From: Thermoplasmatales archaeon
GTDB lineage: Archaea > Thermoplasmatota > Thermoplasmata > Thermoplasmatales > Thermoplasmataceae
Direction of reading: 5' to 3'
Assembly (NCBI GenBank): GCA_014874365.1
Contig: JACWAH010000001.1
Span: forward strand, 2,314-66,313
Length of the DNA: 64,000 nucleotides
The notes under the pieces were generated by a model that saw only the letters and a program-made list of their open reading frames with translations, did no database searches and was not told the DNA's origin. The first letter of the stretch is position 1. Each line of letters opens with the position of its first letter. This document shows, piece after piece, positions 39,557-49,381 of the stretch. A program made the position numbers and the translations under genes.

Positions 39557-40045
39557 ATGCTTGGGAGGAAATCAGCTTTTGCAATCGCGATTGTATCAAC
39601 TGTCTTACTTGCCGGGATTTCATACGGGTTAATCTTTGACACTCCAACCAACATTACCGGTACGCAGACTGGATACCTTGAAGTTGTGAACCACACAAAA
39701 TCAATGTACATTATTACCAATAGTACCCAAGACTTGGAGATAAATCTTACAGTATACACATCTTCGAGCCCGATTTTTGTTTTCGACGTATCCCCCTTAA
39801 ACAATTCATCGGCTATCTGGCAGAATATCAGCTATTTCAATTATTCTGGAAACTATATTCAGGAAAATGTGGGAAATGGTTCAAGCATATCTTTCCAACT
39901 GTTCTTCAACACCAGTGTTGTGAGCCAGATGAAAATCTCAAATTTCACTTTAGGAGAAATCCACCCGTATATTGTTAAGATAATTGTGCTTAACGAAAAT
40001 GGGGGTTTTGGGTACTTCTTCTTCGCGCTTGCGCGTTCGTCTTAG
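39557..40045 (+). CDS. Hypothetical membrane-anchored/secreted protein
   Basis: N-terminal TM/signal segment, N/S/T-rich with NxS/T sequons. Confidence 0.65.
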   Translation: MLGRKSAFAIAIVSTVLLAGISYGLIFDTPTNITGTQTGYLEVVNHTKSMYIITNSTQDLEINLTVYTSSSPIFVFDVSPLNNSSAIWQNISYFNYSGNYIQENVGNGSSISFQLFFNTSVVSQMKISNFTLGEIHPYIVKIIVLNENGGFGYFFFALARSS

Positions 40046-40312
40046 GATCCATCCGGCCCTGATTAAGTCATCAAGAAGATAATAAGTGGCAAAAATACAT
40101 TTCAATTGGGAAATTAATCCCTCAATTTCAGAATTCAACACCTTTAGAATAATAGCACGGGAATGCTCCTGAAAATCCAGCATTAACTGTTTCAGGTACA
40201 AAGTTCCCATAGGCTTGAACATATGCGGCTATAATTTTGATCTCCAAACAAAGGTTTGAATAAAATGTTCTTTGGTCAAAATTGTTAAATGGGTCTGTTG
40301 TAGAACCGGGAC

Positions 40313-41053
40313 TTATTGGACGCTCTTGATCGATTTTATGATGGGTTCAAGACTTCCTCTCACATTTTCTGTCTTTTCAGCGACAGTGCCCGTAACGACT
40401 ATGTCCGCGCCAGAAAGAGCAACCTGTTTTGCAGATTCCGGCGTTCTAATCCCGCCTCCAACTATTAACGGGATACCTAATTTTGACTTCACAAAAGAGA
40501 TCATTTCCAGTGGAACGTGTTCCGGAGCTCCGCTCCCAGCTTCAAGGTAAACAAGTTTCATTCCAAATAGTTCAGCAGCCAAGGCATAAGATAATGCTCT
40601 CTTGTTGTCCCCTCTTCTGATAAGATCGGCATGTCCAGTCTTGCCCGCCGTCATTCCGGGCTCAACGATGATGTATCCCATGGAAATAGATTCAAGTCCA
40701 GTCGCCTTGATAAACTGCGACGCCCTGCTCTGGTGGCCAATGACAAATTCAAGACTGGTTGAATTCAGCAAGGACATGAAGTATATTGCGTCGGCTCTCT
40801 CAGACACCATGGAATCTGATCCTGGGAAAATTATGATTTTTTTATCAGTAACTTCCCTAATGAAAGAAATTGACTCATCAAGCGTCCTCCTGTCAATGTC
40901 CGTTGATCCGCCAACCATCAGGTAATCCGTGCCTGCTTCATCCGCACTCCGGGCAATTTCAGCGGTTTTCTTCGGGGATTGCGAGGCCGGATCAATCAGT
41001 GTCATGTGTACTTTATTTTTCTTTATCTGTTTAATTAAGTCACCGAAAATCAT
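40313..41053 (-). CDS. Geranylgeranylglyceryl phosphate synthase (GGGPS/PcrB family)
   Basis: HMTLIDP, MVGGS, YLEAGSGA, LIVGGGIR and GADIVVTGT motifs. Confidence 0.95.
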   Translation of the reverse strand: MIFGDLIKQIKKNKVHMTLIDPASQSPKKTAEIARSADEAGTDYLMVGGSTDIDRRTLDESISFIREVTDKKIIIFPGSDSMVSERADAIYFMSLLNSTSLEFVIGHQSRASQFIKATGLESISMGYIIVEPGMTAGKTGHADLIRRGDNKRALSYALAAELFGMKLVYLEAGSGAPEHVPLEMISFVKSKLGIPLIVGGGIRTPESAKQVALSGADIVVTGTVAEKTENVRGSLEPIIKSIKSVQ

Positions 41054-41877
41054 ATCGAAAACGCACCCGAGGCAAAGGCGACTAAGCCTACGATCATTGC
41101 AATCTTGGAATATTTCTGGCTTCTGGACGGATCATTTTTTGCAGTAAAAGCGGAGAACAGGAATATGGCATCTGACAGAGCCACAGGAATAAGATACAGG
41201 TAAGTGAAAATGGATAAGTAATAGGGAAGATATGAAATCAAAATTGCAGCAACAATTGAGGCAAGCGAGAGGTAATACGCTGATCCTACTCCATGAACTC
41301 TGGGGAATGTTTTTCTCCCCACATCTCCTTTTATATCTTCCATATCTTTTATCACTTCCCTGGAAAGTGTTGCCAGAGCGGCCATGAGGAACAGAAGGAG
41401 CATTTTCAACACTGAATTTACTGCAGTTCCTCCAAATATGAATATTAGACCGACGAGTATACTTATGGACACGTTGCCGGTAAGTCCCAACCGCTTGGTT
41501 TTCATCTCATACAGAACCAGCAGCGCTTCAGCAGCCAGTACGATTATGAACGAGATCAGGGGAAGAAATAATCCGGAAATTATTACCGGAACTGCAAACA
41601 GCAGGAAGAAGTAATACGACGCTTTAGTAGATGTAAGCTTTCCGGCGGGAATCGGCCTCTCGGGATGGTTTACCTTGTCGCTGTCAGCGTCCATAATATC
41701 GTTAAGTACGTTTCCTCCTGCTGTAACAAGGAACACAACAATTGCAGCAAGAAAAACCTGTAGCAGGTAGGATTTGTAAAAGAGGTCATTGCCTATGAAT
41801 GCGGAAAGAAACGTTGCCAGGAACCCCATGGCTCCATTGATAGGTCTCGTAATGGAGAAATACTCCTTCATACTCAT
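41050..41877 (-). CDS. Digeranylgeranylglyceryl phosphate synthase (UbiA prenyltransferase)
   Basis: RPIN, NDIMDADSDKVNHPERPIP and REVIKDMEDIKGD motifs, adjacent to GGGPS. Confidence 0.92.
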   Translation of the reverse strand: MSMKEYFSITRPINGAMGFLATFLSAFIGNDLFYKSYLLQVFLAAIVVFLVTAGGNVLNDIMDADSDKVNHPERPIPAGKLTSTKASYYFFLLFAVPVIISGLFLPLISFIIVLAAEALLVLYEMKTKRLGLTGNVSISILVGLIFIFGGTAVNSVLKMLLLFLMAALATLSREVIKDMEDIKGDVGRKTFPRVHGVGSAYYLSLASIVAAILISYLPYYLSIFTYLYLIPVALSDAIFLFSAFTAKNDPSRSQKYSKIAMIVGLVAFASGAFSI

Positions 41878-41993
41878 TTCGGGAATACTACTACATTATT
41901 TACCTTAGTTCTTACAATGATTGGCATCATCCCATTATGTCAGCAATCGGGGTTGCACATGCAACTTATTGATTCAGTGTAACATTCCGTTTC

Positions 41994-43274
41994 ATGACTT
42001 TCGAGGATCTGGACTTTCTATACGATTTGAAGCGAGAAGGAATCAAGCTGGGCCTCGATGTAATGAAGGAACTTTCTGCAGGGATGAATAACCGCCACAA
42101 AGAATTCAACTCTTTTCACATTGCAGGAACCAATGGGAAGGGATCAGTATCCTGTTTCATTTACAACATCCTTTCACAGAGGTATAGAAGCGGGCTTTAC
42201 ACCTCACCGCACCTGGTAAATTTTAACGAGAGAATAGTAGCTGGAAGAGAGTTCATTTCCGACAGGTATGTGGAGGAATTCATTCATAAATACAGGCATT
42301 TAATAGAGAGTCTGAAGGAAACAAGCAGGAATCCAACGTTTTTTGAAGCAACCACATTGATGGCGTTTTCTTTTTTTGCAGATGAAAAATGTGAATTTGC
42401 ATCCATAGAAGTTGGGCTTGGAGGAAGACTGGACTCAACTAACATTATTTTTCCAGTAGTGTCAACCATAACCAGCATAGGTTACGAGCACACCGATAAA
42501 CTTGGAACCAGCCTCACCGATATCGCTTTTGAAAAGGCGGGTATCATAAAGCAGGGCGTTCCAGTAGTGCTATCGGATAAGAAACCAGAAGTAGTATCTG
42601 CAATAAAGAAGGTAGCGGCGCGAACATCATCCAGGGTAATCCTTACTGGTAAAGACTATAAAACAAAGGATTTGACATGTGGCATTTCTGGTACAAAATG
42701 TACTGTCATTTCTCCAACAAGTGAATACAGGATAGAAACTGACCTGATAGGGGATTTTCAAGTCGACAACATTATTTCCGCGATTGCCACCATGGAAGCT
42801 GCGTCAGTCCAGGGAATAGGAGAAAGAGAAATAGAAACCGGGATCAGGAATTCCCGATGGCCTGCGAGACTTGAGATTATTCGCAAGGACCCAACAGTCG
42901 TGGTCGACTGCGCACACAATCCTCAGGCAGTAAACGCTCTAGCAAGAAACTGGAAAAGGATTTCCGGCGAAAAGCCTCTATTGGTCATGGGATTGATGAT
43001 GGATAAGGATCTGTTTACCATAATTCACAAATTTAGTGAAATATCGGATGAAGTTATTTTCACCACTCCGGATGAACCCGAGAGAGCGGCCGACCCGGAA
43101 TTCTTGAATAGAATCTCCGCTGGTATGTTTACAAAATCGCGTGTAATTCCTGATCCACAGGTTGCCTACGAAACAGCATTGGAATCTGGAAAAACGGTGC
43201 TTATTGCCGGGTCCATGTATCTTGTAGGAATTATAAAAAAACTCGAAAAATCGAACTTGAAGCCTTTTAAATAA
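41994..43274 (+). CDS. folC: Folylpolyglutamate synthase/dihydrofolate synthase
   Basis: HIAGTNGKGS, YTSPHL, EVGLGGRLDSTN, EKAGIIK, DCAHNP and GSMYLVG motifs. Confidence 0.95.
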   Translation: MTFEDLDFLYDLKREGIKLGLDVMKELSAGMNNRHKEFNSFHIAGTNGKGSVSCFIYNILSQRYRSGLYTSPHLVNFNERIVAGREFISDRYVEEFIHKYRHLIESLKETSRNPTFFEATTLMAFSFFADEKCEFASIEVGLGGRLDSTNIIFPVVSTITSIGYEHTDKLGTSLTDIAFEKAGIIKQGVPVVLSDKKPEVVSAIKKVAARTSSRVILTGKDYKTKDLTCGISGTKCTVISPTSEYRIETDLIGDFQVDNIISAIATMEAASVQGIGEREIETGIRNSRWPARLEIIRKDPTVVVDCAHNPQAVNALARNWKRISGEKPLLVMGLMMDKDLFTIIHKFSEISDEVIFTTPDEPERAADPEFLNRISAGMFTKSRVIPDPQVAYETALESGKTVLIAGSMYLVGIIKKLEKSNLKPFK

Positions 43275-43348
43275 TGGTTGATAAAGGCAAAGTTGATCAA
43301 GCTATTGATCTCAAATAAGTTATTAACCACCCCAATCTGTTACCTTTA

Positions 43349-44653
43349 ATGAACCCCTTTCTCGAAAAAACTTTTCAAAACACAATTCTTACTGGAGACC
43401 TGTCCTTACTGGGCGGATCTTATATTCCCGACAGTTTTCCACATAGAGAAAAACAGATCGAACATCTGGTTAATTTGCTTGAAAGCATCACCCGGAACAT
43501 AAATCCGTCCAACCTGTTTATTTATGGCAGAACCGGTTCAGGCAAGACTTCCACGGTAATGCACGTAACTACCCTTCTCTCCGAAGCACTTCCAGGAAAA
43601 ATAGTTATCAAACACATAAACTGTCAGGTCTTTGACTCGATTTATTCTATTATGGTAACCCTTGTGAATACTCTCTCCGCACAACCGGACCAGAACATTC
43701 CGCTGTCTGGCTGGACCCTTGACAGGATTTACGTTGAATTGATTAGCAGGATCGATGAAAAAGGGGTTTTCCTTTTAGTTGTGCTGGATGAAATTGACAA
43801 ACTTGTGCAGAAGAACGGAAGTGACTCTATTTACGTGCTCCTGAAGATAGCTGACGACCTTAAGAAAAGGAGTTCATCCCTCATCGGGATTACTAATTAC
43901 ATTGGTTTTTTGGAATCACTTGATTCAAGAGTCCAAAGCCGGCTGAGGCAGGAGACGATAATGTTCCCTCCCTACAACGCGACGGAGCTGAAGGACATAA
44001 TTAAGTACAGGGTCGACGGAATCGTAAAGAAAGAATCAGTTGATGATTCAGCAATTTCTCTTTGCGCAGCCATAGCGGCACAAGAGCATGGCGATGCACG
44101 GAAAGCTCTTGACCTGATGAAAATGGCAATAGAGCTTGCAATTCGAGAAGGCAAGGACAGGATTAGCGAACTGGAAATAACCAGGGCTAAGGATTTGCTT
44201 GAGATTAATGTTTTAAGGGAGACAATTAAAGGACTTCCCGCACACTCGAAGTGTGTATTGCTTTCAACTATCCTTTCCCAGGATATTTCCAAGAGACCGT
44301 CGTTTACTGGAGAAGTATACGAGAATTATAGCACAATATGCAGTGAGCTGGGATATTCCCCTCTGACTTCAAGGAGAGTCGGGGACATTATCTCAGATCT
44401 TGATGATTCAGGACTAATAACTACCAGGATTGCAAATCTTGGCCGGCATGGAAGGACAAGGTATGTCGAGGTTGGGGAAAAACGCGAAGAAATGAGTAAG
44501 TATATTCTTGAGGAAGAACAGTTCTCCGGATTTCAGGGAAAGAAGCTTGGCAGGCAGACCAGATTTGAGGGAGAATGGGCGGATAAGAGTCAGAATGAGA
44601 AAAGTATCGACGCAATCACTCAGGCGACCATCGATCCCGATATTATAAACTGA
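43349..44653 (+). CDS. cdc6: Cdc6/Orc1 family replication initiator
   Basis: YIP...PHRE, YGRTGSGKT, VLDEID, FPPYNATEL, HGDARKA and a winged helix with GRHGRT. Confidence 0.95.
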   Translation: MNPFLEKTFQNTILTGDLSLLGGSYIPDSFPHREKQIEHLVNLLESITRNINPSNLFIYGRTGSGKTSTVMHVTTLLSEALPGKIVIKHINCQVFDSIYSIMVTLVNTLSAQPDQNIPLSGWTLDRIYVELISRIDEKGVFLLVVLDEIDKLVQKNGSDSIYVLLKIADDLKKRSSSLIGITNYIGFLESLDSRVQSRLRQETIMFPPYNATELKDIIKYRVDGIVKKESVDDSAISLCAAIAAQEHGDARKALDLMKMAIELAIREGKDRISELEITRAKDLLEINVLRETIKGLPAHSKCVLLSTILSQDISKRPSFTGEVYENYSTICSELGYSPLTSRRVGDIISDLDDSGLITTRIANLGRHGRTRYVEVGEKREEMSKYILEEEQFSGFQGKKLGRQTRFEGEWADKSQNEKSIDAITQATIDPDIIN

Positions 44654-45263
44654 TTATGCACATATCGTCGTGAGTCTTCGTCAGTTTTAATTTACGTTTA
44701 TTTGCAAAATCTGCTGGCGCTTCTGTCCAGTCATAATTGTCAACTACAATAAATGAACCGTTCTTCAAGTATGGATAAACTGTCTCCAGCTCGAAAGTTA
44801 CGTTTTCGTAGGTATGTTCGGAATCATGAAAGAAAATGTCTATAGGATTATGCTTCGCGACGATTCCGGGCAATAAATCTCTGCTTTTTCCGTAGTTGAG
44901 ATCCCACTGTCCGCGATCGGTCTCCGGCACAACAAATCCAACGGGCTTTTCTTCGTCTTCACCGTATTTCTGTCCAAGGTCTATGCTGTGGAGCATCCCG
45001 CCATTAGATTTCAGCGCAGACAGTATTGAATAACTGGAAGTCCCCGGGCCAACCCCGGTTTCAACTACGCACTTCGATCCAGAAGTACGAACAATGCTGT
45101 AAAGGTCGAACAGTTCATCTTCAGACACCTGCCAGTAATTTCCTGACCCTATGGTTTTCCTTACGTGTTCAAGAACAGGCCTGAAATCCGATGAGATCTG
45201 GATTTCATCATATTGTAGCTTCAGTTCTTTGGATAGATCAATCCAGTCTCTTTCCGCTCTCAT
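44643..45263 (-). CDS. Class I SAM-dependent methyltransferase
   Basis: VVETGVGPGTSS, SIDL, DIFFHDSEHTY and IVVDN motifs. Confidence 0.85.
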   Translation of the reverse strand: MRAERDWIDLSKELKLQYDEIQISSDFRPVLEHVRKTIGSGNYWQVSEDELFDLYSIVRTSGSKCVVETGVGPGTSSYSILSALKSNGGMLHSIDLGQKYGEDEEKPVGFVVPETDRGQWDLNYGKSRDLLPGIVAKHNPIDIFFHDSEHTYENVTFELETVYPYLKNGSFIVVDNYDWTEAPADFANKRKLKLTKTHDDMCIISL

Positions 45264-45948
45264 CAAATCTGATCTCCTTTCCAACTTCAGCTATTATCAC
45301 TGTGGAATTCCCTGTCTTTTCAACCTCGGATTTGAATAGGTTGGGGTCGCTCTTTATCGCATCAAATGTGTTGTAATGCATGGGAATAGTATATTTTGAC
45401 TTCAGCAACGATGCGGCAAGGGTGGCTTCTTTTACGTGCATTGTGTAATAACCGCCAATTGGCAGGAGTGATACTTCCGGGTGATAGAGGTCCCGGATAA
45501 GCTCCATGTCCCCGAACACGCCCGTATCACCGGCATGGTAAATCTTGAACTTATCTCCAAAAACCAGTCCCATCGGATTACCGGCATACTGTCCGTCCAG
45601 GCTTGACGTATGCAGTGCATTCACCGCTGTGATAGATATTTTCCCAATTCTGACTGTTCCACTGTAATTTATTGCATGGACTTTCAAATCGGAGTGTTTC
45701 TCCTGGAGAGTCCAGCCCAGTTCGACCATAGTCACTAAAGTAGCGTCGTTCTTCAATGCTATTTCAACGGCGTCTCCCAGGTGGTCAGAATGTGCATGAG
45801 TGACAAGTACGATGTCAGCTTTCACATCTTCCTTTTTAATGTCGGCCTTAGGATTTCCTGTCAGGAAGGGATCTATAATTATTTTGCTTCCAGCTGTGGT
45901 TACATCAAAACAGGCATGCCCGTGCCATTTTAAAACAGTTTCAGTCAT
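45238..45948 (-). CDS. Metal-dependent hydrolase, metallo-beta-lactamase fold (UPF0173-like)
   Basis: WHGHACF, IDPF, THAHSDH, YHAGDT, LPIGG and IPMHYNTF motifs. Confidence 0.92.
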   Translation of the reverse strand: MTETVLKWHGHACFDVTTAGSKIIIDPFLTGNPKADIKKEDVKADIVLVTHAHSDHLGDAVEIALKNDATLVTMVELGWTLQEKHSDLKVHAINYSGTVRIGKISITAVNALHTSSLDGQYAGNPMGLVFGDKFKIYHAGDTGVFGDMELIRDLYHPEVSLLPIGGYYTMHVKEATLAASLLKSKYTIPMHYNTFDAIKSDPNLFKSEVEKTGNSTVIIAEVGKEIRFDESGKRLD

Positions 45949-46020
45949 AATTGTCAAGTATATCGATGTTAAATTACTTTACGAATGGTAAGGATTGAAC
46001 AAACAGTTAAATTAAAAAAG

Positions 46021-46222
46021 GGTTAATCTGATTTTCGTGTGGGTTAAATCTCCTATAGCAAACATGGATTGGATAACAGAAAACGCCAGTTTTCTGAGGG
46101 TTGTGAAAGTTACGGGATACATGAAGAAGATATTCTCCAAGTGATAAATGAGATATCCTGGAAAAACCAACTTTCCCTGCGGTCTATCATTTTTGCTTAC
46201 CCATACGAAAGCGTGAAGAGCT
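46021..46222. mobile_element. ISL3-type MITE, copy 1 (more decayed)
   Basis: Aligns over most of its length with 50614-50802 (e.g. aacgccagtttt, gatattctcc, ggaaaaaccaa, ttccctgcggtctatcattttt, atacgaaag.gtgaagagc). Flanks are A-rich. Confidence 0.85.
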
Positions 46223-46254
46223 AAAAAAAAAGATTTGGAAATTAAAAATTTCCA
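46223..46254 (-). terminator. Terminator of the 2-oxoacid:ferredoxin oxidoreductase operon
   Basis: Hairpin tggaaatt-aaa-aatttcca directly after the stop, then a T9 run on the minus strand. Confidence 0.55.
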
Positions 46255-46257
46255 GTT

Positions 46258-47178
46258 TTATGCTATCTTGTCGGCAAAAGTCTTAGCCGGATCTACAATT
46301 GTGTATCCTTTACTGTCTGAGACTATCTGAACTGCCGGAGGATTTGTCAGGTAATTAGGGATATACTCATTCAGCCTTTTCGGGAAGCTAGGGATGGTTC
46401 TGTTCTCAATAAATATGCCCGTGGGTATTTTTTCGTCCCATTCTAGCGCCTTTATACCGGCAATTTTGTACTTTTCAAGAGGATCTTTCGTAGACTCGGT
46501 TATAACGGGATCCCATGACTTGTCGTCTTCCAACTTGTACACTTTTCCTCGGTAAAACTCCATGGTGTTTATGTTGTTATAGGTCGGACAGGGCTGAAGA
46601 ACATCGATGAGAGAAGAGCCATCATTCATTAGTCCTCTCTTTATAATTTCCTTAAGCTGTTTTGTATCGAATGAAAAGCCTCTGGCAACAAAAGAATAGC
46701 CTGCTGCAATAGCCAGGGAAACTGGATTTACCTTGTTGTATACATTTGGTCTTGCAAGACTCTTTGTCTGCATCCCCAATGGCATTGTAGGAGCGGCCTG
46801 CCCTTTGGTTAACCCATATACTTCATTGTCAAAAAGTACTATTGTCAGACCCGTATTTCTCCTGCCTTCTGCAACGAAGTGACCAGCACCAATGCTTAAA
46901 AGGTCACCATCTCCACCGATAGCCAATACCTTCAACCTGGGGTTTGCAAGTTTTACGCCGGTTGCAAATGGAATTCCTCTGCCATGCAGGGTATGTGCTC
47001 CAGCCAGGTTCACGTAATGAGGAGTCTTTCCTGAACAGCCTATTCCGGATATCACTACTGCATCCTTCGGTCCATAGTTCAATTCTCCCAGTGCCTGGGT
47101 TATCGAAGTCAAAATACCAAAGTCTCCGCATCCAGGGCACCAGTCTATTGTAAGATCAGTTCTATAATTATGCGCCAT
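46258..47178 (-). CDS. 2-oxoacid:ferredoxin oxidoreductase beta subunit
   Basis: WCPGCGDFG, SGIGCS, HGR, GGDGD, NEVYGLTKGQ and QPCPTYN motifs. Confidence 0.95.
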   Translation of the reverse strand: MAHNYRTDLTIDWCPGCGDFGILTSITQALGELNYGPKDAVVISGIGCSGKTPHYVNLAGAHTLHGRGIPFATGVKLANPRLKVLAIGGDGDLLSIGAGHFVAEGRRNTGLTIVLFDNEVYGLTKGQAAPTMPLGMQTKSLARPNVYNKVNPVSLAIAAGYSFVARGFSFDTKQLKEIIKRGLMNDGSSLIDVLQPCPTYNNINTMEFYRGKVYKLEDDKSWDPVITESTKDPLEKYKIAGIKALEWDEKIPTGIFIENRTIPSFPKRLNEYIPNYLTNPPAVQIVSDSKGYTIVDPAKTFADKIA

Positions 47179-49066
47179 TTTTCAACACCAATTTCTTTTC
47201 CTTATTTTTCAAAACTTCCTTGACCGCTTCAACCAACTCATCAACAGTGACATGTCTCCCATTGTATTTCAGGATCTTGTGGTCCATGTCAATTCCGGTG
47301 TTCATTCTTATAATCTGGGCTGCCTGAGCAAGCATGTTGCTCTCAATGATTATGTTGGTTGACGACGCCTTTAAGACCTCAGCAACAAACTCAGAAGGGA
47401 AAGGCATAAACATTCTCAGATATAGCAGGCGGCATTTGATGCCCTCCTTAGATAGTTCTTCAATCGCCTCAAGTGCCGGCCCTTTTTGGCTGCCCCAAGT
47501 CACAAGCGTGATCTTTGCATTTTTGTCCCCGTAGACGACTGCCCTCTCTTCGATAGGGATTTCAGCCGCGGCAACTTCAACTTTCCTGAATCTTTTATCC
47601 ATCTGGGCTTCTCTCATCACAGTATCTTCTGTCACATGGCCCAATTCGTCATGTTCATCTCCAGTGAGCCAGAAAGTCTGGTTACCAAAGGTTCCCATTT
47701 TCGATACTCCATTCTTGCTATCAAGTGCAAACCTCTTGTAGATGCCGTTGTCGCCAGGTTGTTCCCTTATGTATATTTTTTCTCTCTTAACATCGATTCC
47801 ATCGACGACTTCAGTCGTGTTGGCCAGGTTCTTATCTATAAGATGAATCACTGGAAGCTGATACTTTTGAGCATAATTCAGAGCTTTAACAGAGTCGTAA
47901 ATGCATTCGTTTACGTCTCCTGAAGAAATAACGATTCTCGGGAACTCTCCATGCCCGGTGTTAAGCGCGAATAGAAGGTCAGACTGCCCGTTTCTGGTAG
48001 GCAAGCCAGTGCTTGGTCCACCTCTCTGGTATAACGTTATAACCAGTGGAATTTCATCCATCCCCGCGAAGGAAATACCTTCTGCCATCAAGGAAAACCC
48101 CGGCCCGCTTGTTGCTGTTGCGCTTCTTGCACCAGTCATTGCGGCACCAGCAGCCATTACAACTGCAGAAATTTCGTCTTCAGTCTGTACGACTGCTACG
48201 CCACCGGAACCCAGAGTTTCAGCTTCCCCTTTAAGCCAGGTGATTGCCTCATGCTCTTCTAGAATGGAGCTTTCATCACTCGCAGGTGTTATAGGATAAT
48301 AAGTCTGGAATCTCAGACCTCCCATTAGTTTTCCAATTGCTGCTCCGTCATTTCCAGTTAGCAAGAATCTGGTCTTGCTTGCAGCCATTTCCAGTGTCTT
48401 TCCACAAAGTTTGTTCTCAGAAGCGTATTTGTAAGCTTCATCAATAACCTTGAGATTGGGGGAAATCACTTTTTCTTTGTTGCCGAATATATGCTTGATA
48501 GCTTCCTTGGTTGATTCAGCATCTATCCCTATTATGGATAACGTAATAGCAGCACCCAGAGTGTTGTAATATCTGTTGGGAACTCCATCATCTACAGCAT
48601 TTCTGACTATCTGCTCAAACGGAATCGGGAGGAGCAAACCGCCGTTGCTTTCCATATATGTAAGCATTCCCTTGACGTTATTGGTAAGCTTCTTTCCATC
48701 AAGCGTAGCTTTGATCCTGGCAGCGGTGTCTCTCATGATCATCCTCGCCTGGGAAAGATCTGAATTCTCAAACGAGGAATCATAAATGATCTTTGTTCCT
48801 TTGCCAATATCTTCAAAATGCTCGAATATGGTATCAGGGTCAAGCGCAACGAGAATATCAGGGGGATACTTGAGTCCCTGAACCTTCTCATTTCTAGCTC
48901 TGATATGCACATAGCTGTGCCTTCCCTTAATGTTAGAGTGAAATTCCCTCGTGGAAAAAATATCAAATCCAGAAAATGCGAAGGCTCTGCTCATCAAATT
49001 GGCGGAAGTATCAATCCCCCCTCCTTGGGGGCCACCAATGACTACGTTAATGTCCAGTTTGGTCAT
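47168..49066 (-). CDS. 2-oxoacid:ferredoxin oxidoreductase alpha subunit (gamma-alpha fusion)
   Basis: GGPQGGG, YYPITPAS, EDEI, ATSGPG and QRGGPSTGLPT motifs. Confidence 0.95.
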   Translation of the reverse strand: MTKLDINVVIGGPQGGGIDTSANLMSRAFAFSGFDIFSTREFHSNIKGRHSYVHIRARNEKVQGLKYPPDILVALDPDTIFEHFEDIGKGTKIIYDSSFENSDLSQARMIMRDTAARIKATLDGKKLTNNVKGMLTYMESNGGLLLPIPFEQIVRNAVDDGVPNRYYNTLGAAITLSIIGIDAESTKEAIKHIFGNKEKVISPNLKVIDEAYKYASENKLCGKTLEMAASKTRFLLTGNDGAAIGKLMGGLRFQTYYPITPASDESSILEEHEAITWLKGEAETLGSGGVAVVQTEDEISAVVMAAGAAMTGARSATATSGPGFSLMAEGISFAGMDEIPLVITLYQRGGPSTGLPTRNGQSDLLFALNTGHGEFPRIVISSGDVNECIYDSVKALNYAQKYQLPVIHLIDKNLANTTEVVDGIDVKREKIYIREQPGDNGIYKRFALDSKNGVSKMGTFGNQTFWLTGDEHDELGHVTEDTVMREAQMDKRFRKVEVAAAEIPIEERAVVYGDKNAKITLVTWGSQKGPALEAIEELSKEGIKCRLLYLRMFMPFPSEFVAEVLKASSTNIIIESNMLAQAAQIIRMNTGIDMDHKILKYNGRHVTVDELVEAVKEVLKNKEKKLVLKNGA

Positions 49067-49381
49067 TGTAGGGAAGGGATTACTCGCGCTTTAAAATACT
49101 TTGAGTCTTAAAAAAATGCACAAAGAAAATCCAATATTTTATTCATTATTATTAGAGAATGTCTAACTCCGGTTTATTTTCATAGTTTGCTCTTTTCATA
49201 ATCGCCTGTTCACGCACATTGCAAGCAATTAAGTCCGTGAGGCAGCCAAAAGGTGTGGAGCAGGCAACTGCAGGTAAACTTTCAGCAAAAGTTATGGGGG
49301 TCTATTATTGATCTTGCAATTATGTCAATTAGTATGGAATGTCAGGTAAACTTAATTTATCATATTTGACTTAACTGATCG

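Noticed and set aside
43274..43349. Replication origin next to cdc6
   Set aside because: The intergenic space is about 75 bp with no repeated ORB boxes. The ORB-like ttccagtggaac near 40505 is inside a coding sequence.
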